Below are positions 36,465 through 47,862 of a stretch of 64,000 nt of DNA, piece by piece. The stretch spans positions 34,243,967-34,307,966 of the forward strand of contig CM120640.1 in the NCBI GenBank assembly GCA_051362555.1, in the 5' to 3' direction. A model generated the notes under the pieces. That model saw nothing but the letters and a program-made list of their open reading frames with translations, was not told the DNA's origin and searched no databases. Numbering within the stretch: position 1 is the stretch's first letter; each line of letters starts with the position of its first letter. The stretch comes from Lingula anatina. Lineage: Eukaryota; Animalia; Brachiopoda. The position numbers and the translations under genes are program-made.

Positions 36465-39292
36465 CAGGACTTGGAAAAATGCCAGGAGCTTTCTCAAGCA
36501 GAGTTCCAGAAAGGGACAAACCAAGGCTTAGAGTCAGCAACGAGCAGAACAGCAGCATTCAAGACAAAAGCATCCAAAACTCCTGCCCCAGTGAAGAATC
36601 AACTGGAAAGCCAAGATGAAGCTGTTGGCAGAAATTTAGCTGATGGTGAGAAAGAAATGCTGAGTGGAAAAGAGAAAGCCCAGAAGGTATACCTTTTAAA
36701 CATGTGTCATATTGTTGTTAGAAGGCAAACATCTAAGAATCAGGATATTTTGATATTTTTGTAGCTGAAAAAGAAATTAAAAGTCTTGTAGCAATAAAGT
36801 GTATTGATTTGTAAAGAAAGGTAGAATATAATCTAATAAGATGTATAACTTCTCTTAAATAGTAATTTCAAGATTGCATATAAGTATATTCATTGCACTT
36901 CTCTTATTATTATTATTATTATTATCCAGGAATTGGAAAAATGCCAGGACATTTCTCAAGCAGAGTTCCAGAAAGGGACAAACCAAGGCTTAGAGTCAGC
37001 AACGAGCAGAACAGCAGCCTTCAAGACAAAAGCATCCAAAACTCCTGCCCCAGTGAAGAATCAACTAAAAAGCCAAGATGAGGCTGTTGGCAGAAATTTA
37101 GCTGATGGTGAGAAAGAAATGCTGAGTGGAAAAGAGAAAGCCCAGAAGGTATACCTTTTAAACATGTGTCATATTGTTGTTAGAAGGCAAACATCTAAGA
37201 ATCAGGATATTTTGATATTTTTGTAGTTGAAAAAAAAATTAAAAGTCTTGTAGCAATAAAGTGTATTGATTTGTAAAGAAAGGTAGAATATAATCTAATA
37301 AGATGTATAACTTTTCTTAAGTAGTAATTTCAAGTATATTCATTGCACTTTTCTTATCATCATCATCATCATCATTATTATTATCCAGGAATTGGAAAAA
37401 TGCCAGGACATTTCCCAAGCAGAGTTCCAGAAAGCGATAAACCATGGCTTAGAGCCAGCAAGGAGCAGAACAGCAGCCTTCAAGACAAAAGCATCCAAAA
37501 CTCCTGCCTCACAAACCTTGCAAGATGCTGTGGCTACAGGAGGAAACTGTGAAGAGAACTTGGCTTCTCAGCACCATTGCAGATCCAAATATCATGATAT
37601 GAAAAGAAATTTTGATATCATAGATAATGGATTCAAGAAACCAAACTCTCTCACAGTCTTTGCCATTCCATGGAGCTCCAGTGGTTCTCATTTCATTCCA
37701 AACATCCCACCACAACCACCATTTGCAGAAATGGACAATTCCTTTCTACCAGAAGAACACTCTAGCTCAGACGTTTCAGATTCTGATAATGAGTTAAATC
37801 TAGAGGAGCTTCAACAACTCCTGTATGGTGACACATGCAGAGTAGCACAACCTGTTGAGGGAGTGGGGTCAGATTTTGATGCAGACACCCAAGGTAAAAG
37901 TACAAGGTCTGGAGGAGGTGAGATGAATCTTAACCTGCCACTATGGACCAGTTCAAGATTAAACCAGGCCACCAGAGGGAAGCATGGTACGAAGAATGTA
38001 GAATGTAGAACGACTGGCAGAAATCGAGCTGATGGTGGGATAGAAGTAAGAAATGGGAAAACCAAAGGTCAAAAGGTACGCGTGTTCTTAATGTATGTCA
38101 CTTTGTTGTAAAAGGTGAACCATTAAAGAATTGAGATGTTTTATATTTTGGGGATTAAGAAAATTTCAATAGTCTTGTAGAAACAGAATGTATTGGCTTG
38201 CAAGTTTAAGAAGGTAATTAACCTACTAAGATATATTTGTCTCCAATCAGCTATTTAAAAATTGCATTTGAGGCATGTGAAATATGCTGTTATTATTTTT
38301 TTCAGGATTCTGAAAACTGGATGAAACTTTGCCAAGCAAAGATGAGTTACAAACAAAGGAAAGTTCGAGAAAGAGATTATGAACCCAGTAAGCCAGAGTT
38401 GTAATACTAACATGTTTTAAAAATATTTGTTAAAAGCAAGAATCAGTAGCTTTCTTGGATTGATAATTGAAACCAGTTACTGAGTTGAGCTTGATAAAAT
38501 GTCACTAAGTGCTCATCCATTTATGTAATCATCATCGTAAGCCTTTTCCAGACCTCCAGCCCTCAGGGAGTACAAGGTGAAAAACTAAAATGATGGCCTT
38601 TGACAGTAATTTGGATCATTTTTAATTTTTTTTTTCAAAATCACACAGTGCAATAACACCCCCCGCCCCCCCCCCCCCCCCCTTGAGGCACATGGTTTGC
38701 AGACTTGTGAAAATGATAAAAATGGATGATCTCTAAACAAAAAATGAAACTGAAATAATGATAATGATAATCCAAGCCCTGTTGTTTTGCCTTTGTTAAG
38801 TTAATGCTTTTTTTTTTTTTCAGAGGTTCAAGTTATTGTCAAAAACGGAGCTGGCCAAGTAATGGCTTCTGTGCTTTGTGGACGATTCCGAACTTATGAG
38901 GAATTAGCATTGCAGATAGAAAACAAGGTACTGTTGTGTCTAGTGAAGCTGAATCATAGAAAAGAATTAATGTGAAATGTTTACAATAATTATGTTCAAT
39001 CAATAGGAATGACTTAGGTGCTTATAAATGGATATTCAAGTTTTTTTTAAACACACGTCTGCATATGAATGCACTGTTATCAATATTTCAGGTTTTCAGT
39101 GAAAATTCTGCCTACGTGTACCCTGATTTTACCTTGGCCTTGTATCATGAGAATGAAATCCACCTTGTGGGCCATGATGAGTGCATTGGCAACAGAGCTG
39201 ACAGTATTGGTGGCCCTCTTGTCCTCTATGTAGTACCAACTCTGGACATCCCAGAACAGTGGATGTGGCGCTTGAGCTTTTCAGGGGAATAA
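24773..39292 (+). CDS. Uncharacterised ~3279-aa largely disordered protein built from tandem duplicated exons, with a C-terminal putative PB1/ubiquitin-like domain
   Basis: Phase-consistent GT-AG model: 24773-24792, 24968-26048; eleven 657-nt exons starting at 26299, 27233, 28161, 29083, 30002, 30927, 31855, 32765, 33690, 34610, 35530; two 219-nt exons 36468-36686 and 36930-37148; then 37389-38075, 38306-38387, 38824-38927, 39092-39292 (TAA). Total 9840 nt, open throughout. Confidence 0.8.
25915..37510 (+). repeat. Tandem array of exon+intron units (period 910-934 bp for the long units, ~460 bp for the two short ones)
   Basis: Near-identical units ending AAG|gtatacctttt and restarting (tat)n..ccag|; period differences come mostly from the microsatellite length. 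Confidence 0.98.
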
Positions 39293-39856
39293 AGATCGAA
39301 CGATTCCTGTGGTGAAGAACAGTGGACATGGCGCTTGAGCTGTACATAGAATTATCCTTTTCAAGGAAATAAAGATAGAACGATTCCTGTGGTGAGCATA
39401 TTTAGGCAGTGGATAGTTGCTGACAGTAACTTATTTCTACATATACATTGATTGATTTAGACAGCATGTTTAAATTTTGAACAAAAGAACAATTACAAGA
39501 ACACATGGAAATTTATAATCATTTTATTTAATGAAATTTTCATTTAGAATAGAATATCATTCAATGTAGCTCATTTTGAATTGCCTATAGAAGAATTTAA
39601 AATTTGAAAACAAATTAAATTATATGGATATTGAAAAACCATTTAAAAATTAAAAATGGATAGTTGGTGACAGTAATTAATTTCTACAAATACGTTGACT
39701 GGTCAAGTAGATACATGAAAAATTGCTATAATTTAAAGTTAAAAGAAAGGAACAATTACAAGAACAAATGGAAATTGATTTTTAATCATTTGATTTTATG
39801 ACAGCTTCACTTAAAATAGAATATCATTCAATGTAGCTCACTTGAAATTGCTAGTA

Positions 39857-40219
39857 TGTACTGAACATACTAAATGGTAGAAAGCTTTCACTCACTATCG
39901 TTCACTTACGCTCACTTACACAAGTAACCTTTCACTCTCACGATCGATCCCAGATTCGTATGTCTAAAACTTCACGTAAGTGTGTGCGCCAGAAACCAAG
40001 TCAACCACAAGGATAAATCAACGTAACGCTGCTTTATTAAACAACCGACCTCGATTTGTAACAAGAACGATCTTTTATACCCGTTTTCTTTATCATGATG
40101 ATCTAAGGTGGATTTTCTGCTGCAGGACGAGTGTCCAATCAGCGCCCCTAAGTTAATGAAGTCTTATTTACGTAATTAGGTCATCGGGAGCGTCTCTTGA
40201 TCCACGTGCGCTCCCGACA
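39857..40219 (-). mobile_element. Solo LTR (363 bp, Gypsy-like 4-bp TSD) downstream of the stop codon of the tandem-exon gene
   Basis: TG..CA termini; TSD agta at 39853-56 and 40220-23; - strand TATAAAA (~40073-79) followed by AATAAA (~40033-38); interrupts the second copy of a local ~250-bp duplication. Confidence 0.8.
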
Positions 40220-41418
40220 AGTAGCCATTTTAAAGTTTGAAAAAAATTAATTATATGAGGGTCAACGTTGAAAATTTTTTTTAAATGGCAACAAAAATGA
40301 AATAGATCTTACTTAATTTATTACAGACTCTTACTTAATTTATTACACTGTTATATTACAAATAGTATTTATTTATGAAAATGAGGACTATAAGAAAGTT
40401 ATGTATTATCTAGGCCATAATTTTTGCTGATATTTTTAACCAGTCCACCATTCCCCAGCCTTCTTTCAAAAATTGAAGGTCTTTTTATGTGAAGTATTTT
40501 CTGTCATTGTGATAAATGTTTGTCAACAAATACTTAACTATTCAATTTTAACTTTGTTATTGTATAATGTACATTTCTTATACATGTGACTTTCTTTCAA
40601 ATTTTTAAAATTATTCAGATGTAATATTTTTAATATTCAGATAAATTTGATCAACAGTATATGGTTGATGTGGTATTTTTGGTAAATTTTAAAAACAATA
40701 ACTGTTACCCATACAATTATATGATGTTTTAAGGGTGTTCTGTATTGTTGCACTTGTTATGTGCTGAAATGTCTAGTTTTAACTAGACTAGACTAGACTA
40801 GTCTTAAAAGATGGATGGCTAAATGAAGAAAGACTTGTGATGTACGATTTTTTTTATATAGATGCAAGAGTTATGCTTACGCCTTGCCTGCCTACAACAT
40901 GTGTGAAGTTGTAATTAAACTTGGCTTTGGTAGTAATTGCATTAGAGTAGACAATTTAAATGTCAAAGATATCTCATCAATTGAGTCTGCTTTTGAGTTG
41001 AAACATTTCAATTGTTTGGTGTTGGTATTGCAACTTATTTGTATCTGTGTTGTACATAATTGATTGCAGTGAAACTGGAATTTAATTGGTGTCGATTTTT
41101 TTTCACCAGCTAACCTCTGTCCAGCACATATTAGCATCCTTGCAGATTTTCACACGCGAAATATCACTTAATTAGTGCCCAATTTTGTTAAGTTTCACAT
41201 ATTAAAATTGACACATTTATCTCAATTTTCTTAGGGCAGTTTACATATTAGCAATGCTTAGTGATGTCAGCATACAAAATATAGGAAGTAAATCATTCTG
41301 TGTCAGATCTTTTATTTTCAAGTGATGTAATAGAACAATTGATGGATAGTCGATATTAACCATGGTTACCAAGTGATCATGGAAATTGTAGAACAGTTTC
41401 ATTAGCTATGTTATTGTA

Positions 41419-41573
41419 ATAGACTAGTGAAGATTCTTTTGTCTATAGCTACATTTGTCTGATCTTACCATTCAATATTTCATCTGCTTGCAGTCAGACT
41501 TCACCACTCCCTGATGATGGTAAGATCAGACAAATATATGTGGCTATAGACAAAAGAATCATCACAAGGCTAT
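41419..41573. mobile_element. Short foldback / MITE
   Basis: atagactagtgaagattcttttgtctatagctacatttgtctgatcttaccat pairs with atggtaagatcagacaaat..gtggctatagacaaaagaatcatcacaaggctat (arms of ~53 bp). Confidence 0.7.
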
Positions 41574-42635
41574 GATCATGGAAATGCTTTGAAAATAATC
41601 CTGGATTACCAATTTTTGCTAATTTTAAACACCCTGGATCAAAACTTATTCCTACATCTCTCTTTATAAATTTAGAAATGGAAAATAAAGCTTCAGTTCA
41701 AATTAAACTTTGTCTTTCTTTGTGCAAATTTTGCAGCCGTCAAGCAAGTTGCATCCTATCTGTGTATCATTTTCTTAATAAAGGTAAACTAGCTGACCAC
41801 CAATTTGGTATACATGTACTAATGTGGAAATGTCCATACACTAGAAAATAGGGAAGTTTGGTGAACAAAATTTGATGGCAATGGTTTACACACTGCATGG
41901 AGAGTCAACCCCACAAGTTATTTGTTCTTAATGGGAATTTGCCAGGCCAAATCATATATATTTTTATTACTCAACATTATTTGTTATATCATAATTTACA
42001 CATTTCTTTCACTACAAGGACCTTTCAATAAAAGCGGACGTCACTGGCTTAATTTTGAACAACATACTTGTGTTTGTCCTTTACTTTCGATTTCGTAAAC
42101 GCAGAGACAAAGCCATATGCCGGACGCCCTTCCTTTCTTTTTACTCTTAGCAACGTATAGTACTTGGATGCAAAAAAAAGTCCTTAAATATCAGTGTTTC
42201 AGTATTTTATTACAATTATCTCATAGCTGAAATCAATATCTCACCCTCGATTTGTCTGTTAAAAACATTCAGAGGCATCTTTAAATAAATCCTAACTGAC
42301 ATTTAAAAGCATTGTTACTGTTCTAAAGCTCTCTCTGGTAGTCAGGGCTAGCACAAACATGCATATTCCTCAATTAACCTGAATGTTCTTTGACTGATAA
42401 AGACAATCAAGGCCCATTTTTACAATTCAGCTGAAGTTGGAGGTAAATCCACTCCACACTCTGGATCAAGACTAAAATCTTTGTCACAATGCTCCCGACA
42501 AATGTTAACCCAATCCTTGGCACCCAAAGAAAGACTTCTCAGTGAAATGTTCCATCTTTCTCCTGCCAATTATTTCCCTAACTGAGAGGGCAATTTAAAG
42601 CAATATTCTTCCTAAACATCCGAATAGGTTTGATG

Positions 42636-45623
42636 TTATTTCCTGGGTGGTCCCATCATTCTCATGGGTGGTCCTGGGGGTCCCATTTGTCCCATCATCA
42701 TCATAGGTGGGCCCATTGGGGGACGCATCCCTGGAAAGGTATGGCACAGTGTTTTAGTACTTAACCAAGCTCAATTCAGGAATGTCTTAGGTCAGAAATG
42801 TTGATTTAGCATTGATTTAGTGGACAATTATTTATATAGAGTATCTTATATAATACTGTGCTAAATTTTAAATAATTTTACTCATTGCCGACAAAAATTA
42901 GTATGGAATAAATCAAAGATTCGCCAAGTCCAATTTATATTACTCACTGAAAACACAAAATCTGAATACGAACTCAAAAAACTTTTTAATATATTATTAC
43001 ACAGAACATTGCTCTTCAGTTTGTTAAATTTAAAAGACCACTTATTTCTTAATTGTAAACAAAGCAAACTTGTTTCCATTGAACCACCACTAAAGATAAA
43101 GAAAGACAATTTGTTTCAAGATATCAGAAAACAAAATAATAAAGAAATATCAAGATATAATAATAACCAATATGTAAAAATAATTAAACACAATATATAT
43201 GTAAATATCCCATGTACAAATGCATATAATATTAAAGAAACAATATTAAAGAGTAATAATAACCAATATGTAAGAGTTACAATTAAACAGTATGTAAATA
43301 TCCAGTGTACGCCAGTACATACCCATCATAGGCATCATAGGTCCACCAGGCCCCATCATTGGCATAGGCCCACCAGGCCCCATAGGCCCTTGAGGTGGAC
43401 CTGGCATGGGAGGCCCACCAGGGGGGCCTGCAGGAGGCCCTGTAGGGGGCCCACTAGGTGTTTTTGCACCTGTTAAAACAGTTGCATTTGATTACCAATG
43501 CAGGTTTTAAACTGCATATAGCTTTATCTGCTTATGTACAGCTGTATGCATCTGTGTTAGTCGGGATAATTTATCTTATAGAATACATGTTTCTCCAAAC
43601 ACAAGTGCCATATTCCACACAATAGTAGTCCATTTCTATTAAATGTTTTTGGGGTGAAGGGGGGAGCGACCACTTAAAGCAGGCGTTTATTTTTTTTCTT
43701 TGCATCCCAAAACTTTCAAAACAAATTCACTGTATTGATTTAATAAGATGTTATATGCAATGTACAATGACCCAAGGTACAACATGACATGTGACAAAGA
43801 GGTGTTCCATCTAAGCAGGAGCTTCTATTTATGTTTTAAGGGTGTAAAGGGGCCTTTTTTAAAGCAGGAACCACTATTATGTGAAATGCAGTATATCAAA
43901 TTGCATTTAACTAGTTTTTCTATCTTAAAATCTCTTTAATTAATATTGCATTAATTCAGATTTCATTCGCACATGAAAATTTAAATTTATGATTTTTTAA
44001 TTAGGATAAGACGAAAATTACCATACATCAATTAAGCTGATTTAAATTATCACAAAGAATTGAAATATGATCCATTAGGTAAATCAATACCATGGGGTGC
44101 TATGATACCAGCTGAAAAGAAGAAAAGCTTGTCAAAAGGTGGCCTTAGTTTAAACCCTTAACCCACAATCACTATCACATTAGAATAGGGAGAAATCAAG
44201 TTTCAATCATTCCAAACTTGATTAAGCAATGGGTGATATCTGATGACAGGAGGGGGGGGTCTAATTTTTTTAATAAACAGCACCCCCCTGGGGCAACATT
44301 TTGCATGCTGTGTGCTAGGGACTTACTTTGTTGTAAATTAGATGGAGGTGGTATCATAGCACCCCCAGGGCCCGGCAGTCCAGGACCACCTGGGCCAAAT
44401 GGATTACTGGCAATTTTACCCTGTTTGAATGCAGCAGCTGAAAAGAAAAAAAGACAAAATATTATTTATTGTTTTTCATTTTATTGGGCATTATACACAT
44501 ACTCAAATAAAAAGACTTGGAATGTTAAACAGAATGAGTATTAATTTTTTTTCTTTCCTGATAGTCACTTTATTCTAACATTTAGCAAATAAAGGATTGA
44601 AACTTATGGAAAGTGCTTCATTTCCCCATTTAAATAAAGTAAGACTTCTTTTGCCCTGACTTACTTGTGTCGTCCACCAGCTTTTGAACTTGTTCTTCTA
44701 ACCATTTTTGATAATATAATCTGACATTTTCTTTGTGCTTTCTGCCGCTGCAATGTGTTTTTCTTACAGAAGGCTTGAATGAAAAGGATGTGAAAATATC
44801 CATTAAAAGTATTAGCAAATCTACAGGCATGGATGCTGCACTGCAGTGAAAACATTCTCACTAGCAATGACGATTAAGATTTGTTCAATTTTTAACTGCT
44901 TAACTTTACCAGCTTAATCATTCTCAGCAAATATCTTGAAATTTGTTTCAAGTTCAGAAATGAAGCTCATAGAGTGAGTTAGCAGTAGTATCACAGTAGG
45001 GTAGACAGAATAATTATATTGTTTATTACCCGAATTCAATTTAATTAATATCCATTCATATTGTACATAATCACCATTTCTGTAGTATACTGTCTTACAA
45101 TTTAGTTCTAATTTTTTAGATTTTCGTTAATTTTACACAGTGAAGTGTTTTGGGGTCCTATTTGTTTATACTTACAGAATCATGTGTGAGGTAGGTATCA
45201 CAGTAGTCACAATAATATCTGAAATATATGATAACAATAATAAACACATCTGGCATAAGACATCACCATTTCCAAATATTTCCATTTTGAACAGTAAAAT
45301 CTTGAAAACAACTTCCTTTTAACTTTTGTATAATTGCTCTAGCTTTTTTGGACTCTGCCTGGTAGGTATCTTTCAAATAAATAGTGGAGTCAAACGAAAC
45401 TGTAGATTCACGCTGATATGGGAAGTAGACAATGTCGATGTAAGACTCACTGGTCGCTCTATAAAATCTCCAAATAAGAAAACAGTTACACTAGAGATAA
45501 CGTAAAAACTAAATATCCACACAACTTAGCACATGAAAATAAAGTTATAGGGCCATTTTCAGCCTTTAGTTTTTGAAAAGGCTTGAAAATGCGCCCACAT
45601 TAAACCTGTACTTACTTCGGCAT
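42636..45623 (-). CDS. SNRPC: U1 small nuclear ribonucleoprotein C (170 aa; 177 aa with the candidate microexon)
   Basis: Exons 45616-45623 (MPK), 45176-45218 ([14 protein letters not shown]), 44665-44773 ([34 protein letters not shown]), 44327-44437, 43323-43469, 42636-42730 (Pro/Met/Gly-rich tail, TAA); matrin-type zinc finger. Confidence 0.98.
44091..44111 (-). other. SNRPC: Candidate 21-nt in-frame cassette microexon of SNRPC
   Basis: ttttgacaagcttttcttcttttcag|CTGGTATCATAGCACCCCATG|gtattg; phase 1-1, encodes TGIIAPH(G). Confidence 0.55.
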
Positions 45624-45866
45624 CTTGTGTTATTTACAATCACGCTTTCATTTACGACGCACAGACAGACAGAAAATGCCGGCTACTTAATTTAAAATCT
45701 CGAATGCTTTTCCGGAAAGCTTTTAAAGCAACGCATTGATATAATTTGTCCATCATTTAATTTGAAATTATTTTTCATTTCACGACTATTGTATTACACT
45801 GTTATTATTCTTATTAATATTGCAAGGGCAAGAATTCCATCAACAGGTTTGGAGATTAAAGCGAAG
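45624..45866. promoter_or_regulatory. Bidirectional promoter shared by SNRPC and NUP160
   Basis: The divergent ATGs are 243 bp apart; palindromic ETS-like TTTCCGGAAA at ~45709-45718; YY1-like AAGATGGCGG over the NUP160 start. Confidence 0.75.
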
Positions 45867-46216
45867 ATGGCGGAAAACTGCATGAGTTTTCGCGAAGTTG
45901 TTCAAAAGAAAGGCTTTCCAATCAGGTGGAAGGAAATAACAGTGAATACAGGTATTTTGTGTTTACCATTAAATCGAGGTTTAATTGCATCTGACACTTA
46001 GGTGCTGCTTATTGTGAAATTGCAAACACAGTTGAAGTCATTCATTCGGTTCGCCAACTTTGGTTTGAAAAGAAACCAATTTCATTTTGTTAGAATCACA
46101 AACATCACTTTAGATAGACATAAATATAAGCACAGTTCCTACAAGTTGCTATGTTAACATGCACAAAGTTAGTTGGCACACCCTACCACCAATGAATTTA
46201 GTATATTTACTCCCCC

Positions 46217-46247
<31 letters not shown>

Positions 46248-47831
46248 ATTAAATAAAAAAAGATAAAATAATTAATCCCCCACCCCCATCAACTGTATGG
46301 ATGATGATTGTGAGGCTCAGTGAGTAGGTAGGGACTGGATAATGTGATAAAGCTATTTTCATCAAGGAAGTGATGGTTCCAACAAATTCCCAACTAAAAT
46401 TAAAGATGTGTTCCCTGCCTGTTTATTTTGGGAAAGGTTGCCGTTGGCCTGTACACACTAATATCTAATTGCACTGATGCAGGTGACATTAGACAGCAGC
46501 CTTAAACTCTTAGCATTGAAAATGATTTTCTTTGCACTTTCATAGTTTATCCAAACCTCAAGTTTATTAGTCTTACTAGCATTTATACATATGGAAATGA
46601 CCTTTAATATTTGTTTGTGCCTGTGTTACTTGACACGTAAAAATACCGAAAGATATTCAAATATTATTTGATTGAAATTAAGTACAAATTTGTTTCATCC
46701 ATTAAATCCTACACAGAAGTAAATAATGCAGTGTTGGTAATTTCATCATTACAGTTTATTCTATAACTATTATAAATAATCTGTGTGGTGTTTTGATTTT
46801 ACTTACTAGTATACAGTTATCTCATATGTTTATAACAGGTGGATCTGGCAGCACAATCCAGGACTTGAAGGTTCCAGAGTCTGCAGGAGGATATGTGTAC
46901 AGAGATGGCAACAGGCTGCAGTCATATGCAAGGAACAGATTCATATACTGGTAATGCCAGTCAATTATTGTCATCTCATTTTACATGCATTTTGATGTCG
47001 ATTGATTTGAATATATTTAATCTGCCTGTAGGTGCAATAAGTGCACCGGCAATACTAGAAGCACAACTAGCACAATCTCAGTCTCTCCACATATGATTTG
47101 CATAAGTGAGAAGTAGTCCACATGACCTTCTAGCCTCTTCTGTGCTGAATTTGGCAGACATTTTGAAAGTAAGAGACAGGCAGGACCTAAGTAAGAGACC
47201 TTAAGGGAGTCGATGTTTCAAGGTTGGTTGTTTGAAAGAAAGAAAAAGAACACAGTATAACCAGTCAACATTCTCTTTGTGTTGCCTGTATGTCAGTACT
47301 GCCTTTCAGCAAAGTTTTAAAAAAACTATCAATGTAATACGTAGGGTAATATGAATATGATAGTGCCGCCTTTTTCAGTATAGTTTTCAATATTTTTTGC
47401 TTTAAGTTAGGTCTTTTGGCATTTGCTAACAAGATGAATATTTCTTTTCAATTTTATTGTGTGTTCACCTTGACACATACAGATTTATTTAAAAATTTGA
47501 CATTGTTATTTAGATGCACCAAATGAAAAATATATCTTTGACTGTAAATCTCAACTGCTTCTTTTTTTTTCAGGAGGGTTCACAAAGACACCCTAGAGCT
47601 TGTAGAATTATCACTGGACAACGATCTCCATGGAAATGCCATCCGCCTCCACTTCCAGGATTCTGCCATATTGGGTGACATCAGCATTTTTGAGAGTCGA
47701 GGAGAGGTGGTCTTCCTTGTGGCCACAGTGTCCAGTGTCCACCGCCTGGTCTTTCCACACCCAAGTTCATTGCAGCATCAGGTAAAAGGACTAAATAATA
47801 TTAAGCTGTTTTAGTCCCTACACCCCCCCTC

Positions 47832-47862
<31 letters not shown>

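Noticed and set aside
43009-44544. + strand ORFs of 155 and 108 aa
   Set aside because: Antisense shadows of the Pro/Gly-rich SNRPC exons plus low-complexity intron
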